A stretch of 64,000 nt of DNA from Candidatus Kapaibacterium sp. (GTDB taxonomy: Bacteria; Bacteroidota; Ignavibacteria; Kapaibacteriales; UBA2268), in assembly GCA_963665665.1 (NCBI GenBank), contig OY762428.1, positions 2,144,001 to 2,208,000 on the forward strand. Reading direction: 5' to 3'. Shown here one piece after another: positions 19,617-30,323 of this stretch. A program made the translations under genes and the position numbers. Each line of letters begins with the position of its first letter. Positions within the stretch are counted from its first letter, which is position 1. The notes under the pieces were generated by a model. That model was given only the letters and a program-made list of their open reading frames with translations, had not been told where the DNA came from and did not search any database.

Positions 19617-20367
19617 GATTATGCTCCGCGAGATGTGGGAAGGATCCAATATGAACAAATGCTTTTTGCAGTTCATTCTGGTGCAGGGCTTTTTCGGACG
19701 GGCCAAAACTTATCTGGTATTTGTTAATAAGCAGGGCGGTTCTGGCGTGGTGGAATGCCGTGGCCCAGTTGTGAGTTACCATAACAATAGTTGTGCCTTT
19801 TTCCTGGTTGATTCTGTCAATCAGGTGGTTCAGGGCTGTTTCACAAACCATATCCACTCCTGTTTCAGGTTCGTCAAGCATAAGTATCTTCGGGTTTCTG
19901 ACTATACCCCTTGCAAGATAAACTCTTTGCAGTTCGCCTCCGGAAAGGGAATTCAGCTGCCTTTTCCATATTTTCGCGGCATCAACCTCCTCCAGGGCCT
20001 GAAGGGACCTGTCTTTTAATTTCCCGCTGATTCTGCCAGGCCAGGTATTGGCCAGGCCGCTGGCAACCAGGTCTATCGCCCTTGCCGGAAAGCTCCGGTC
20101 CAGGCTTTTAAACTGTGGAACATAGCCTATTGTGCCGGGCCCGGAATCATTAACCCCGGAACCAAAAATCTTTATCTTTCCTTTGCTGACATTGTTAATC
20201 CCCAGAATAGATTTTATCAGTGTTGTTTTCCCGGAACCATTTGGCCCGACAATTGCAAGAAAATCGCCGGCCGGCAAATCGAAATTAATATTTTCCAGCG
20301 CAGTATGATTCCCGAATTTGATAGTCAGGTTTTCTACGCTCAGGGCCTGTTGGCTTTTAATATCCAT
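19609..20367 (-). CDS. znuC: Zn/Mn ABC transporter ATP-binding protein
   Basis: GPNGSGKTT, GYVPQ, LSGGELQRV, LDEP. Confidence 0.87.
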   Translation of the reverse strand: MDIKSQQALSVENLTIKFGNHTALENINFDLPAGDFLAIVGPNGSGKTTLIKSILGINNVSKGKIKIFGSGVNDSGPGTIGYVPQFKSLDRSFPARAIDLVASGLANTWPGRISGKLKDRSLQALEEVDAAKIWKRQLNSLSGGELQRVYLARGIVRNPKILMLDEPETGVDMVCETALNHLIDRINQEKGTTIVMVTHNWATAFHHARTALLINKYQISFGPSEKALHQNELQKAFVHIGSFPHLAEHNHE

Positions 20368-20370
20368 TGC

Positions 20371-21243
20371 TTATAATCCCAGGGCTTTCTTAAAAGTTCT
20401 GGCATTATACAGAATTATATCCGTATATTTTTCCCTTCCCTGCTCCCCTCCGAGCGGGTCAAGAATAAATACCCGTGTACCGGAAGCTTCAGCAAGTATC
20501 CTTGCGGGGCCGTCAGGCAATTGGGGTTCTGAAAATATTGCTTTTACCTGGTTTTTCTTTAGCTCCTTTACCATTGCGGAAATAAAGACGGGGGTAGGTT
20601 CCTTACCGGGTGCCGGTTCAATCGATCCGCCGTACCTTAATCCGTATCTTTGCAGGAAATAGAGAAATGACGGGTGGAAAAGATAAACTTTTTTACCCTT
20701 AACATCAGAAATAATTTTTTCAACCTGCCGGTTCAGAAGGTTCAGCCTTTTAGCAAACAGATCAGCATTCACTTTATATGTTTTAGCATTCTCAGGATCG
20801 TATTTGGCCATGCTGTCTGCAAGTGCCGGAAGAATTGCTTTAACGGCAAGCGGATCGGTCCAGAAATGCGGATCGGCAGTACTGTCATTATTTTTAAAAT
20901 ACTTTCCGAAGAGTATTTTCTTGTCATCTGGCAGCAGTTTGATTAGTTCTATTTTGTTTTCAGATTCCATATTTGCAGCCCAGCCGTCGGCGTGGTCCGA
21001 AATAAAGAATAGAGCCTTTGCCCCGGCGGTAATCCTTGCATCCGACGGCGTAGGCGAATAAGTATGAGGTGAATCGCCCACTTTCATGAGCATTTTTACT
21101 TCAGCTTTAGTACCGGCAATTTCTTTAATTATCTGGTAAACGGGGTTAGCCGTAGCAACAAATACTGGTTTTGCCCCCCTGGCAGAACATGAGATCAGCA
21201 ATAACACAGACAATAAAAAAATTGTAATATTCTTCTTAATCAT
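20371..21243 (-). CDS. znuA: Zn/Mn ABC transporter substrate-binding lipoprotein
   Basis: Lipobox LISC; SPHTYSP, DPHFWTDP, HPSFLY, LDPLG. Confidence 0.87.
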   Translation of the reverse strand: MIKKNITIFLLSVLLLISCSARGAKPVFVATANPVYQIIKEIAGTKAEVKMLMKVGDSPHTYSPTPSDARITAGAKALFFISDHADGWAANMESENKIELIKLLPDDKKILFGKYFKNNDSTADPHFWTDPLAVKAILPALADSMAKYDPENAKTYKVNADLFAKRLNLLNRQVEKIISDVKGKKVYLFHPSFLYFLQRYGLRYGGSIEPAPGKEPTPVFISAMVKELKKNQVKAIFSEPQLPDGPARILAEASGTRVFILDPLGGEQGREKYTDIILYNARTFKKALGL

Positions 21244-21606
21244 ATCTTCACCGGGTAAATTTGTTCACTATTATTCAATTAATATTAAATTATCAAACAA
21301 TCATTATTCAAAACAACAAGGCAAATTACAAAATTATTGCCCTGAATTTACTTTTATTAGCCAAAATATTAATTATTTTATAAAATAATACATTTTTATT
21401 GACAAATGACGTGGTTTTTAGCTAACTATTGGTTTTTTGGTATAGTTTATGCTTAAAATTAACTGAATATTAGCACTATTTCTCTCATCAGGAGAAATTT
21501 GCGTATTTTTTATCATGTAAATTCATTTTTTTACATGAAATAATTGTGAAAAGAAAATTAATTTAATATATTATTGTTAAGAATTATGACATTGTATATA
21601 AATAGT

Positions 21607-24540
21607 ATGTATAGAAAAACCGGAAAATTGATATTAGCTGCCCTGTCAGGATTAATCCTGGCATTTCCCGGTTTTCTTTCTGCCCAGACAATTCCGGCCA
21701 GCCCGGCTAACTGGCTGTTTCCGGACGGCAACGCACAAGGCACAAGAAGGACTCTTGTCCGGTCGTCCATACAGGAACTGGATTCAATAAAAGTAAAATG
21801 GTCAACGCCCTCAATTTCAGGCGATGTGAAACCATTGATAGGCAATGTGATAAATAATAACAAAATATCCGGGGGATTTACATACGGCCCAAATGAAATT
21901 ACTGCCGTGATGGGTGATAAACTTGTGGTGGTTGATGCTATGGGCAGAACTCATCCTAAAGCGCAGCTTCCCGCATTTGTAAAAAATGTGAGCGTGCTAT
22001 TCGATTCGCTTGCAACCACTGTTGGTGAACTGACCACAAGGCATGTTGTAATGGGCCTGGAAACAATTGAGTTCGAAAATCTTGACGATAGTCTTGCTTT
22101 TGCTTACATTGCAGGTTATAATTCATCAGCGGATACAGTTGGCATTCTTAAACGCCTGGCAATCGACCTTAGGGATTACGACCCGAATATCTTTGCAAGC
22201 ATCAAACCCGTGATGGGGCGCAGGCGCGGAAATAACACTCTTGTTTATGCTACCGTTAACATGTCCGAACCCCAGGTTGGAACTTCCTCGCCGGGTACGG
22301 CTCCTTTTTTCAGAGGTTTTACACAGTTCAATACCGGTAGTATGCTCTTTGATTACCCGCTTCCGGATGTTGGCGATGATTTTGATTCAAGGATTACACT
22401 CGGGCCGGAAGTTGGTTTTGCTCAGCCATCGTTCTCATCAAAAAATGGCGATGCTAATATTATACTCCCCAATTACCCGACAATGACAATTGACGTTACA
22501 ATAGACAATCTGGTAACCGACCCGACATATCCGAATGAATCCTATTTATTCGGGTTTGACGTTGCCGGCGCTTTGATTAACGAAGGTATTTATCCCAGGC
22601 CAATGTCCTCAATGACTGATCCTCTTGGGAATCGCCCGGTAATCAGGCCATATTATGTAGATATAAAAGATGCCAGGAACGGCGACAGTATTTTTATTCT
22701 TGTTTCCGAGGGATATAAAGGAATTGAAGGTTCCGAGGGTACGGCCCGCCTTCACCTTTATAACACGGACGGTGATGCAATCACTCTTCCGACCGATGTT
22801 GATATAGCCCCGCCGTTTATCGGGGGTGAAGATCACGACTGGTCGGTGGCCGTAGGAGATGTTGACGGTAATTCGTCCAATGAGTGGCTACCGTATTTCC
22901 CGAATAATGCAGGCAACGAAATAATTGTTTCGCAAAGTACCAGGGAGTTTGCATTCCCCGGAAATAAAGTTTATATTCTCAGATATTACAGCGGTTCGGA
23001 AATTGACAAACCTTCTCCGCCAAATACATATCTGTACCACCTGGATACACTTGCTTCGCAAAGGATAAACGGCTGGGTAGCCGCCGTGAACGATCTTGAC
23101 GCAGACCCCGACGGGAAGGAAGAAATTCTCCTTGTTGACGGTTCCAAACTTACAGGCGTCAGGCTTAGGGATTATGATTCCTACGAGTTCAGAATAGGCA
23201 GGCCATTCGATACTGTATTTACGTTCGATTTTAATATGCAGTCCATTTCATCAGTTGCCGTGGCGGATATGGAGGGCGACGGCATGAATGATATTATCGT
23301 TACTACTTACGACAGTACTTATGTTATAGGTACGGTAATGATCGATATTATTAATGTCATTGAACCTTCGGACAGCGCTTCCTATTGTGCCGGGGATACA
23401 ATTCTATTCAAATGGGAAAACCTGATGATGGGCCAGGACTATGTAAATATCAGCTTCGAGGCTGTAACTCAGATTAGCGGAACTGTTACCGGACTTGATA
23501 CAATACTTATTGAAGAAAACTACCCGAACAATGCCGATACCGTGATGTATGAATATGTGGCATCGGATGAATTATTCGGTAAATCTGGAAGAATAATTGT
23601 TGCCAGCTCGTATAATCCAACGAAAGTTTCCGATGAATCAGCATCATTTACAATATACGGCCCGGTTTGTATCACTGATACTCTTCCTAAAAGAGAATAT
23701 CAGGTGGGTGAACTTATTGAATTTACCGGCATGCATTCCTGCATTGATTCGGTAAGTATATTTACAAGCTACAGTTCCTCAACGTTCTGGGATTTGCAAT
23801 ACACTGGCGAAATAAATACCAGCGGAACATTTTCAATAGCTGCGGCCTTGCCGAGCGCCACGTTTTTCGAATGCCTGAGCGAAGATCCGGACAGCCTGCT
23901 TAATATCAATCTTGTCGGATTCAGAGATAGTTTCAGGGATACTTCACAAACGCATACTATCAGGCTTCATCCGGCTCCATTTCCTGTTACATGGGATACA
24001 AGCGAGACTTCCTGCCCGAACTTCCTCTTCCATTGGGACCCCATGGATATTGACTATCTTTGCGATTCCGTTTCAATTTCCGTATCTGTTAACGGAGGAA
24101 CAAGCTGGACTTGGATTAACACTGCTGCAGCGAACGAGCATCCATACCTGTGGCGAATACCCCTTGCATTGCCGGACAGCATTCTGATGCGCTTCTGCTG
24201 CGAGAATTCATGCGTCAGGACGGACACAATAATAAAAAATTATCAGCCAAAATATATTGACATTGTTTCCCCGAACCCATTCAGTCCCGTAAACGAGGAA
24301 CTGACTATTTGCTATAAAGTTCCGGAGGAAACAAACGTAACTATCAGAATTTTTGACGCTGCCAACAGGATAATTGCAGAACCTGTTAGAAGCCAGCCGA
24401 GAAATCCGGGTACGGCTTATTGTGATACCTGGAACGGCTACACTGCCAACGGCTCGCCGGCGGCAAATGGTATGTATTACCTGAGCATTGAATTTTCAAA
24501 CGGATCAAAAGAAATCTATCATGTGTTTATTAGAAAATAG
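21607..24540 (+). CDS. Large secreted protein with FG-GAP-like repeats and a FlgD-Ig/T9SS-like C-terminal domain
   Basis: Signal peptide; AVGDVDGN, AVNDLDAD, VADMEGDGMNDII; C-terminal SPNPFSP...IRIFD...WNG...ANGMYY; start uncertain (21574-21607). Confidence 0.7.
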   Translation: MYRKTGKLILAALSGLILAFPGFLSAQTIPASPANWLFPDGNAQGTRRTLVRSSIQELDSIKVKWSTPSISGDVKPLIGNVINNNKISGGFTYGPNEITAVMGDKLVVVDAMGRTHPKAQLPAFVKNVSVLFDSLATTVGELTTRHVVMGLETIEFENLDDSLAFAYIAGYNSSADTVGILKRLAIDLRDYDPNIFASIKPVMGRRRGNNTLVYATVNMSEPQVGTSSPGTAPFFRGFTQFNTGSMLFDYPLPDVGDDFDSRITLGPEVGFAQPSFSSKNGDANIILPNYPTMTIDVTIDNLVTDPTYPNESYLFGFDVAGALINEGIYPRPMSSMTDPLGNRPVIRPYYVDIKDARNGDSIFILVSEGYKGIEGSEGTARLHLYNTDGDAITLPTDVDIAPPFIGGEDHDWSVAVGDVDGNSSNEWLPYFPNNAGNEIIVSQSTREFAFPGNKVYILRYYSGSEIDKPSPPNTYLYHLDTLASQRINGWVAAVNDLDADPDGKEEILLVDGSKLTGVRLRDYDSYEFRIGRPFDTVFTFDFNMQSISSVAVADMEGDGMNDIIVTTYDSTYVIGTVMIDIINVIEPSDSASYCAGDTILFKWENLMMGQDYVNISFEAVTQISGTVTGLDTILIEENYPNNADTVMYEYVASDELFGKSGRIIVASSYNPTKVSDESASFTIYGPVCITDTLPKREYQVGELIEFTGMHSCIDSVSIFTSYSSSTFWDLQYTGEINTSGTFSIAAALPSATFFECLSEDPDSLLNINLVGFRDSFRDTSQTHTIRLHPAPFPVTWDTSETSCPNFLFHWDPMDIDYLCDSVSISVSVNGGTSWTWINTAAANEHPYLWRIPLALPDSILMRFCCENSCVRTDTIIKNYQPKYIDIVSPNPFSPVNEELTICYKVPEETNVTIRIFDAANRIIAEPVRSQPRNPGTAYCDTWNGYTANGSPAANGMYYLSIEFSNGSKEIYHVFIRK

Positions 24541-24583
24541 ATATTAATAACAATTATATAATATTAAAGTTAAGGTTATCGCT

Positions 24584-25270
24584 ATGAGAATATTAGTTGT
24601 CGAAGACGAAAGAAAAGTAGCCAGCTTTATAAAACACGGGCTGGAAGAGGAACGCTACATTGTTGAAACTGCCCCCGACGGAATTTTAGGGTTGGAAATG
24701 GCAATGAACAATCCTTTTGACGCTATTCTTCTTGATGTTATGCTTCCCGGTAAAGACGGGTTTACAGTACTTAAAGAACTCAGAGACGCCGGGGTATCCA
24801 CACCAATAATGATGCTTACCGCCCGGGGTACAACCGAGGACAGGGTGGCCGGCCTGGATATGGGCGCCGATGATTATCTTGCCAAGCCCTTTAGTTTTGA
24901 GGAGCTTGCGGCAAGGCTGCGCTCGATACTGCGCCGTTCAAGCCCGGAAAAATCCACCAAACTCCGCTGCGGGGACCTGGTTCTGGATACTGTTTCGCAC
25001 CTCGCTTACAGGTTTGGTAAGGAAATTGAACTTACAACAAAGGAATATGCCCTGCTGGAATACCTGATGAGGAATAAGAACAGGATACTCAGTCGCAGCA
25101 CGATTACTCAGCACGTTTGGAAGCATAATTTCGATCCTGAGTCAAATATCATCGATGTTTATATCAAGCGCCTGCGTTCAAAAATCGAGAACAACGAATC
25201 GCGCACTTTGATACAGAGCATCAGGGGCGTGGGTTACCGCATGAGGGAAATCCCGATGGAAGAAGAATAA
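24584..25270 (+). CDS. OmpR-family response regulator (CusR/CopR-like)
   Basis: MRILVVED, LDVMLP, GADDYLAKPF, LTTKEYALL, NIIDVYIKRLR, RGVGY. Confidence 0.93.
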   Translation: MRILVVEDERKVASFIKHGLEEERYIVETAPDGILGLEMAMNNPFDAILLDVMLPGKDGFTVLKELRDAGVSTPIMMLTARGTTEDRVAGLDMGADDYLAKPFSFEELAARLRSILRRSSPEKSTKLRCGDLVLDTVSHLAYRFGKEIELTTKEYALLEYLMRNKNRILSRSTITQHVWKHNFDPESNIIDVYIKRLRSKIENNESRTLIQSIRGVGYRMREIPMEEE

Positions 25271-25489
25271 CATATTGATTTCAATTGATTTATTTATTCA
25301 TCCGACAACTTTAAGTTATCGGATGATTTATATTTTATAGCATTGTGGGGAGGAGTGTTTTGAATAGTACGGGTTCAAATTGTTGGAGAATTAATATTCA
25401 ATTTCAAGTTGATTCCCGATAATTGGTTTGTTACTATTTCCTTCTGATTTCATTATAAACTGAAAAACATCTTGTTCATCTAATTGCCA

Positions 25490-26521
25490 TTATTTAATGA
25501 TTTTCCAAAAGCCTGCTTTGTCGCTACCTATACGTTCAATTATGCCCTTCTCTTTAAGCTCTTTTATTCTTCGTTTTGCAGTACTCAGGCTAATATTTAA
25601 TCTCCTGCTGATTTCAGCGGCTGTTATTTTGTTATTCTGCTTTATCAAATTAAATACAGTGTCATTTACAGTGTCATTTTGCTGATTTACAGTGTCACTT
25701 ACTGCGCCACGGTAATGAATGTGCATTTCCCGGTTTTTAAGCAAGTGATTCTCTTTAAGAACTAAGTTATTCAGGAAACGTATAAGAAAATCCTCAGTTT
25801 TATGAATATCATTAGATAAATCTTCGTAATTGGCTCTTACAAGGGCATTACGAAAATACCAGGAATGTTCGGCAAACAAATCATTGTTAACATCTTTAAA
25901 ACCAAGTTTGCGAAGATATTTGATTAAAAAAACTGCCGTTGTTCTTGTGTTGCCTTCGCCGAAAATGTGAATCTGCCACAGATAAGAAATAAAATGTGCG
26001 ATATGCTCTATGATTTCATATTCGCTCAGACCTTTGTAGCTGAATTTCCTTTCCTGTTCAAAATCGTAATCCAAAGTATCTTTCAAACTATCGGCGCTTG
26101 CATACAAAACTGTTTCACCATTCAATATCCATTCTTTTTTAGTGATATTGTAATCCCGGATTTTTCCGGCATGACAATATATACCCCGAAACAACCTGCG
26201 ATGAATTGTAAGGTATTCTACAGGCGAGAATGTAAAGGTTTTTTCACTCAATATTTCTGTAATACTTGCCGAAACTTTGTCGGCTTCCTCAGTACGGGAT
26301 TCATCATTTATTGCGGGGCGCTGATTGTAATAAGTTTCTATAAGCTGTTTTACATCCTGAATACTTATATCGCCTTCTATATTCTGCCTGGCTGTTTCTA
26401 TCAGGTAGTCAGATGGTTTCAGCCCGTCAACTTGTTGCAGCCCAATAGCTGTTTTCCAGACTTTTGCTTTTTCTGCTTTATCCGGCTCGCCCTGCCGTAT
26501 GTATTCTTCAAAATTATCCAT
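25490..26521 (-). CDS. Fic-domain protein with an N-terminal VbhA-like region and a C-terminal HTH
   Basis: Fic motif HIFGEGNTRTT; N-terminal AIGLQQVDGL; DTVN tetrapeptide linker repeats; C-terminal winged HTH ending RIGSDKAGFW. Confidence 0.87.
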   Translation of the reverse strand: MDNFEEYIRQGEPDKAEKAKVWKTAIGLQQVDGLKPSDYLIETARQNIEGDISIQDVKQLIETYYNQRPAINDESRTEEADKVSASITEILSEKTFTFSPVEYLTIHRRLFRGIYCHAGKIRDYNITKKEWILNGETVLYASADSLKDTLDYDFEQERKFSYKGLSEYEIIEHIAHFISYLWQIHIFGEGNTRTTAVFLIKYLRKLGFKDVNNDLFAEHSWYFRNALVRANYEDLSNDIHKTEDFLIRFLNNLVLKENHLLKNREMHIHYRGAVSDTVNQQNDTVNDTVFNLIKQNNKITAAEISRRLNISLSTAKRRIKELKEKGIIERIGSDKAGFWKIIK

Positions 26522-26779
26522 CGTCAAAACTAAGAAAATTTTATTGGATCGGTTCTTCTTTTGTTAGTTTTATTTCAATTTTAATTTATTGCTGCAATCT
26601 ATATTGTTAGAAGTAAACAGGTTCCATTCTCAGATATTCAGATTATCTCTTAAATTCCTGAATATACGAAATAAATTACCAAAGGCAACAGTTAATATGG
26701 TACTGTTTAGCGCTGCTATCAAAATCTCATTCGTCAGGGCTCAAATTCACTTTTGTCACTTGTTCAGTTTCTTTTCGAA

Positions 26780-27763
26780 TTATTTATTTTCTTGAACAAA
26801 TCCCTGATTTTGAACAGGAGTATTTCCATTAGGAATTGATTGAAATGCTCGGTAGAATATCATCTTTTTGTTTTTATCTATTCCATAATACAAATCAGCA
26901 ATTTTGTTATGAATCTCGTCGCATTCATTTTTAAGACTTTTTTTATCATTTAAATTAATTGAAGTTGTGTATTGAATCATTGGGAAATAACCTTCATTCA
27001 TTCCTTGAGGGTAAATATTGAAAATCATGGGTTTAGTTTTAACATAATCAACAGTCATTGGAAAAGAGAATTTATTGTTAATATCAGCCATTACTTTTTG
27101 TCCGAATTCCTGTATTTCTTTTTCCTTCTGATATTGCCATAATTGGCTTGCAGGTTTAAGTAATTGATTTGCTAATACTACATTGTTTCCGGCATCTATC
27201 AGGTATCCTTTAGCATAATTCTGGCGAGCAGTTTGATACCAATCAAAAGCATCTTTGTCCATAATTCTTAATGTGCCAACCTGCATAATATTCAATTTCC
27301 AATCATTACCATATTTTCCATAAACGAGAGTTAAACTTGTTTGATTCAAATCATTATCAAAGTATCCAACCGAAACAAATGTTTCGTTATTCAAAGCATT
27401 AAAACTAATGATATAATCATGATTGCCGGATATGCCAGTCATTACATTGGTCAGAGCATTTGAAGATGAGTTTTTCTGATAGAATTCATTTAATATTTTA
27501 AAATCCTCATGTGAAAAACTTTGCCTTGTCTTTTGAATAAGCCCTTTCAAATCGTTCCTGCTCCGTTCTAACAGCTTGTCACTCATAATATTATATACTT
27601 TATCGGGATTATTACTTACAAATCCATCGATAATTTCATAGTTTAGTTTGTGTATCTCTTTTTTAATTTCGGTATCTATATTAGCATCTTTCCAAGTTCC
27701 TCCAGTATTGCAACTTGTTATAATAATCGGTAGGGCAAATAAGATTGAAATAACCTTTCTCAT
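26780..27763 (-). CDS. Hypothetical lipoprotein
   Basis: Long AT-rich ORF; MRKVISILFALPIIITSC lipoprotein signal from ATG 27763. Confidence 0.65.
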   Translation of the reverse strand: MRKVISILFALPIIITSCNTGGTWKDANIDTEIKKEIHKLNYEIIDGFVSNNPDKVYNIMSDKLLERSRNDLKGLIQKTRQSFSHEDFKILNEFYQKNSSSNALTNVMTGISGNHDYIISFNALNNETFVSVGYFDNDLNQTSLTLVYGKYGNDWKLNIMQVGTLRIMDKDAFDWYQTARQNYAKGYLIDAGNNVVLANQLLKPASQLWQYQKEKEIQEFGQKVMADINNKFSFPMTVDYVKTKPMIFNIYPQGMNEGYFPMIQYTTSINLNDKKSLKNECDEIHNKIADLYYGIDKNKKMIFYRAFQSIPNGNTPVQNQGFVQENK

Positions 27764-28086
27764 ATTTTTTCTTTCATTCTTCATTGATTGTGTAAATCTT
27801 ATCAATTAGTAAAACTCATTCCTATCCTGAATATACTTTTTTTCAACAACTTCACAAACATCACACTAAGCCTGATTACTTCGGTCATATTCCCCATAAC
27901 AGTACTGATCTTTAAACTTATTTCTAAATATACAAAATAAATGAATATTAAACCATAATAAAATCATAGCCCTGAATAAAAAAATCTCCTACCCCCGCCC
28001 AAAAAATACTTCAAACCATTCTGGCAGTATCCGAATTTCCAGCTTATTTCGCTACAATGAATATCTTTATTATCCTAATCCTCATT

Positions 28087-28171
28087 TTTTGCAGTACTCA
28101 AACTAATATCTAATCGCTTGCTGATTTCAGCGGCTGTTATTTTGTTATTCTGCTTTATAAGATTAAATACA
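28087..28171 (-). pseudogene. Decayed duplicate of the Fic gene's 3' HTH-coding segment
   Basis: 40 bp identical to 25606-25645 at 28119-28158, with similar flanks. Confidence 0.75.
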
Positions 28172-28491
28172 TGAAAATATTTCATTTGACCTGATGATCC
28201 GTGTTTTTTGCTTAATCCTTGTAATCATCCGGCAGGAGAACTCTTAGCCCTGTTAGTATATATTTTTTTGTAAATTTTTTAATGTTTATTTCAAAACAGT
28301 TGATTTCTGTAATAAAATTGTTGCAAAATTCATAAAAAGGTCTTAGTTTAATAAGTGACAACACAAATGATACATGATACATTTTATTAGTTATAAATAA
28401 CTGATAATCAGGAAATTTAGAACGAACAGAAAAAAAAGACCAATAGCGCGGCATAAGACCAGAATTATTATTGATATATGGTAAGGCGCGT

Positions 28492-30309
28492 ATGAAAACT
28501 ATTATTATCGGCGGTGGAAAAGGTTGCAGGTCTCTGCTTGACCTTACAAGGAGTTCTTTTTTAAAGGAAATGCACTTAGATGTTATTGCCGTTGCCGATA
28601 TAAATTATGACGCCCCGGGAATGGTTTATGCCCGAGAGAACGGAATAAAAACTTATACTGATTACCAGGAAGCTATTTCGATTCCTTTGCTTGAAGTTGT
28701 GGTAGAACTTACCGGCAGAGATTTATTCCGGGACAAACTCTATAAAAACATTGGCCCCGGTATAAAGGTAATTGACCACACTATTGCCAAGCTCTTCTAT
28801 GAAATTGATAATGCCCGTATGGCCCAGGAACGCCAGCTGTTTGAAATGAAAGAGCTGGAAGTAATGCTGGACAAGGAAAGGTATTTTCTTCAAAGTGTTT
28901 TCGACAGCCTTCAGGACCTGGCTGTTGTTTTGGACAGAGGCCATAAATTACTAAGGGTAAACAGGAAATTTGCTGAGTTTTGTGGTATTACTCCAACAGA
29001 AGCTGTAGGCAAAACATGCTTTGAAGTGCTGGACATGACGGGCCTTGCATGCGAAGAAGACCTTTCCAGGTCGAGATTGGAATCCGTATTCGAGAACAAG
29101 GCTACAGTCAGCTTCCTGAAGATAACGCCACCGCCAAATGAAAATTACTGGGAGATAACAAGAGCCCCGATATTTGATAAATCAGGCAAGGTTGTGGCGG
29201 CGCTTGGTACATGGCACAGAATTACAGAAAGAATTAAACTATCGCATGAAAAGCAGAGCGCAGAGCAAAAATTTAAAAGTTTTATCTATTCGGCTCAGGA
29301 CTGGATATCAATTAAAGACAGGGATGGCAGATATGTAATTGTAAATCCTGTTGCAGCCAATGCACTTAAACTTAAACCTTCCGATTTCGAAGGCAAATTG
29401 CCTGATGAAATACTGCCGCCGGAACTTTTGAAAACAGTGAAAAGGCATGATAAAACAGTACTTGAAACACATCAGCCGCATGAGTTCGATGAAATAATTA
29501 ATATTGACGGCAAAGCACATCACTTCCATGCCGTCAGGTTTCCGCTTACAGATTACAAGGGCGAGGTGATAGGTGTTTGTACTATCCAAAGGGATAACAC
29601 CAAAGAGATAAAACTACAGGAACAGCTTATCCAAAGCGAGAAACTTGCAGCTCTTGGCAAGCTTGCTGCAGGGGTTGCCCACGAAATTAATAATCCGCTG
29701 ACCGGGATTCTTGCCTATGCCGAGGACCTGATAGAAGAAATGCCGGAGCAGAAGGAGTATGTTGACGACCTGAATGTTATCGTCCGTGAAACTCTCAGGT
29801 GCAGGGATATTGTTCGAAATCTTCTTGACTTTGCCAGGCAGGACAAACCAAGGCTTGAAAGCGAAAAAGCAAATGATATTATCGATAATTGTGTTATGCT
29901 TGTGGAAAGGCTTCCGCAATTCAGGGATATAAATCTTGAAGTAAAGAAGGAAAATAATATTCCGCTAATAAAGTGCGATCCCAAGCAATTGCAGCAGGTA
30001 TTACTGAACTTTATGCTTAATGCCGCCGAAGCAATGAAATACAGGGGCAATATCAGCATTATCACAGAATCGGATTTAAGGGAAGGCAATTGCATAATTT
30101 CCGTAAAAGATAACGGCCCGGGAATACCGGAAAACCTGATAGATAAAATATTTGAACCCTTCTTTTCAACGAAAGGCACAAATGGCCTGGGGCTGGCTGT
30201 TAGCTGGGGAATTATTGAAAGACACAGGGGAACTATCGAGATAGATATGGCTGAAGGCGGCGGTGCAATATTTAAAATTAAATTACCGCTGCAGTATGAT
30301 AAAATTTAG
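28492..30309 (+). CDS. Cytoplasmic PAS-PAS histidine kinase (NtrB-like) with an N-terminal Rossmann-like domain
   Basis: IIIGGGKG...IAVADIN; two PAS domains; EKLAALGKLAAGVAHEINNPL, QVLLN, DNGPG, PFFSTK, GLGL. Confidence 0.88.
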   Translation: MKTIIIGGGKGCRSLLDLTRSSFLKEMHLDVIAVADINYDAPGMVYARENGIKTYTDYQEAISIPLLEVVVELTGRDLFRDKLYKNIGPGIKVIDHTIAKLFYEIDNARMAQERQLFEMKELEVMLDKERYFLQSVFDSLQDLAVVLDRGHKLLRVNRKFAEFCGITPTEAVGKTCFEVLDMTGLACEEDLSRSRLESVFENKATVSFLKITPPPNENYWEITRAPIFDKSGKVVAALGTWHRITERIKLSHEKQSAEQKFKSFIYSAQDWISIKDRDGRYVIVNPVAANALKLKPSDFEGKLPDEILPPELLKTVKRHDKTVLETHQPHEFDEIINIDGKAHHFHAVRFPLTDYKGEVIGVCTIQRDNTKEIKLQEQLIQSEKLAALGKLAAGVAHEINNPLTGILAYAEDLIEEMPEQKEYVDDLNVIVRETLRCRDIVRNLLDFARQDKPRLESEKANDIIDNCVMLVERLPQFRDINLEVKKENNIPLIKCDPKQLQQVLLNFMLNAAEAMKYRGNISIITESDLREGNCIISVKDNGPGIPENLIDKIFEPFFSTKGTNGLGLAVSWGIIERHRGTIEIDMAEGGGAIFKIKLPLQYDKI

Positions 30310-30323
30310 AGAAAGGGGCTGCC

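Noticed and set aside
21250-21400. Zur/Fur box upstream of znuA
   Set aside because: The region is AT-rich but no convincing palindrome was seen.
21470-21478. CIRCE half-site TTAGCACT
   Set aside because: No matching second arm at 9-nt spacing.
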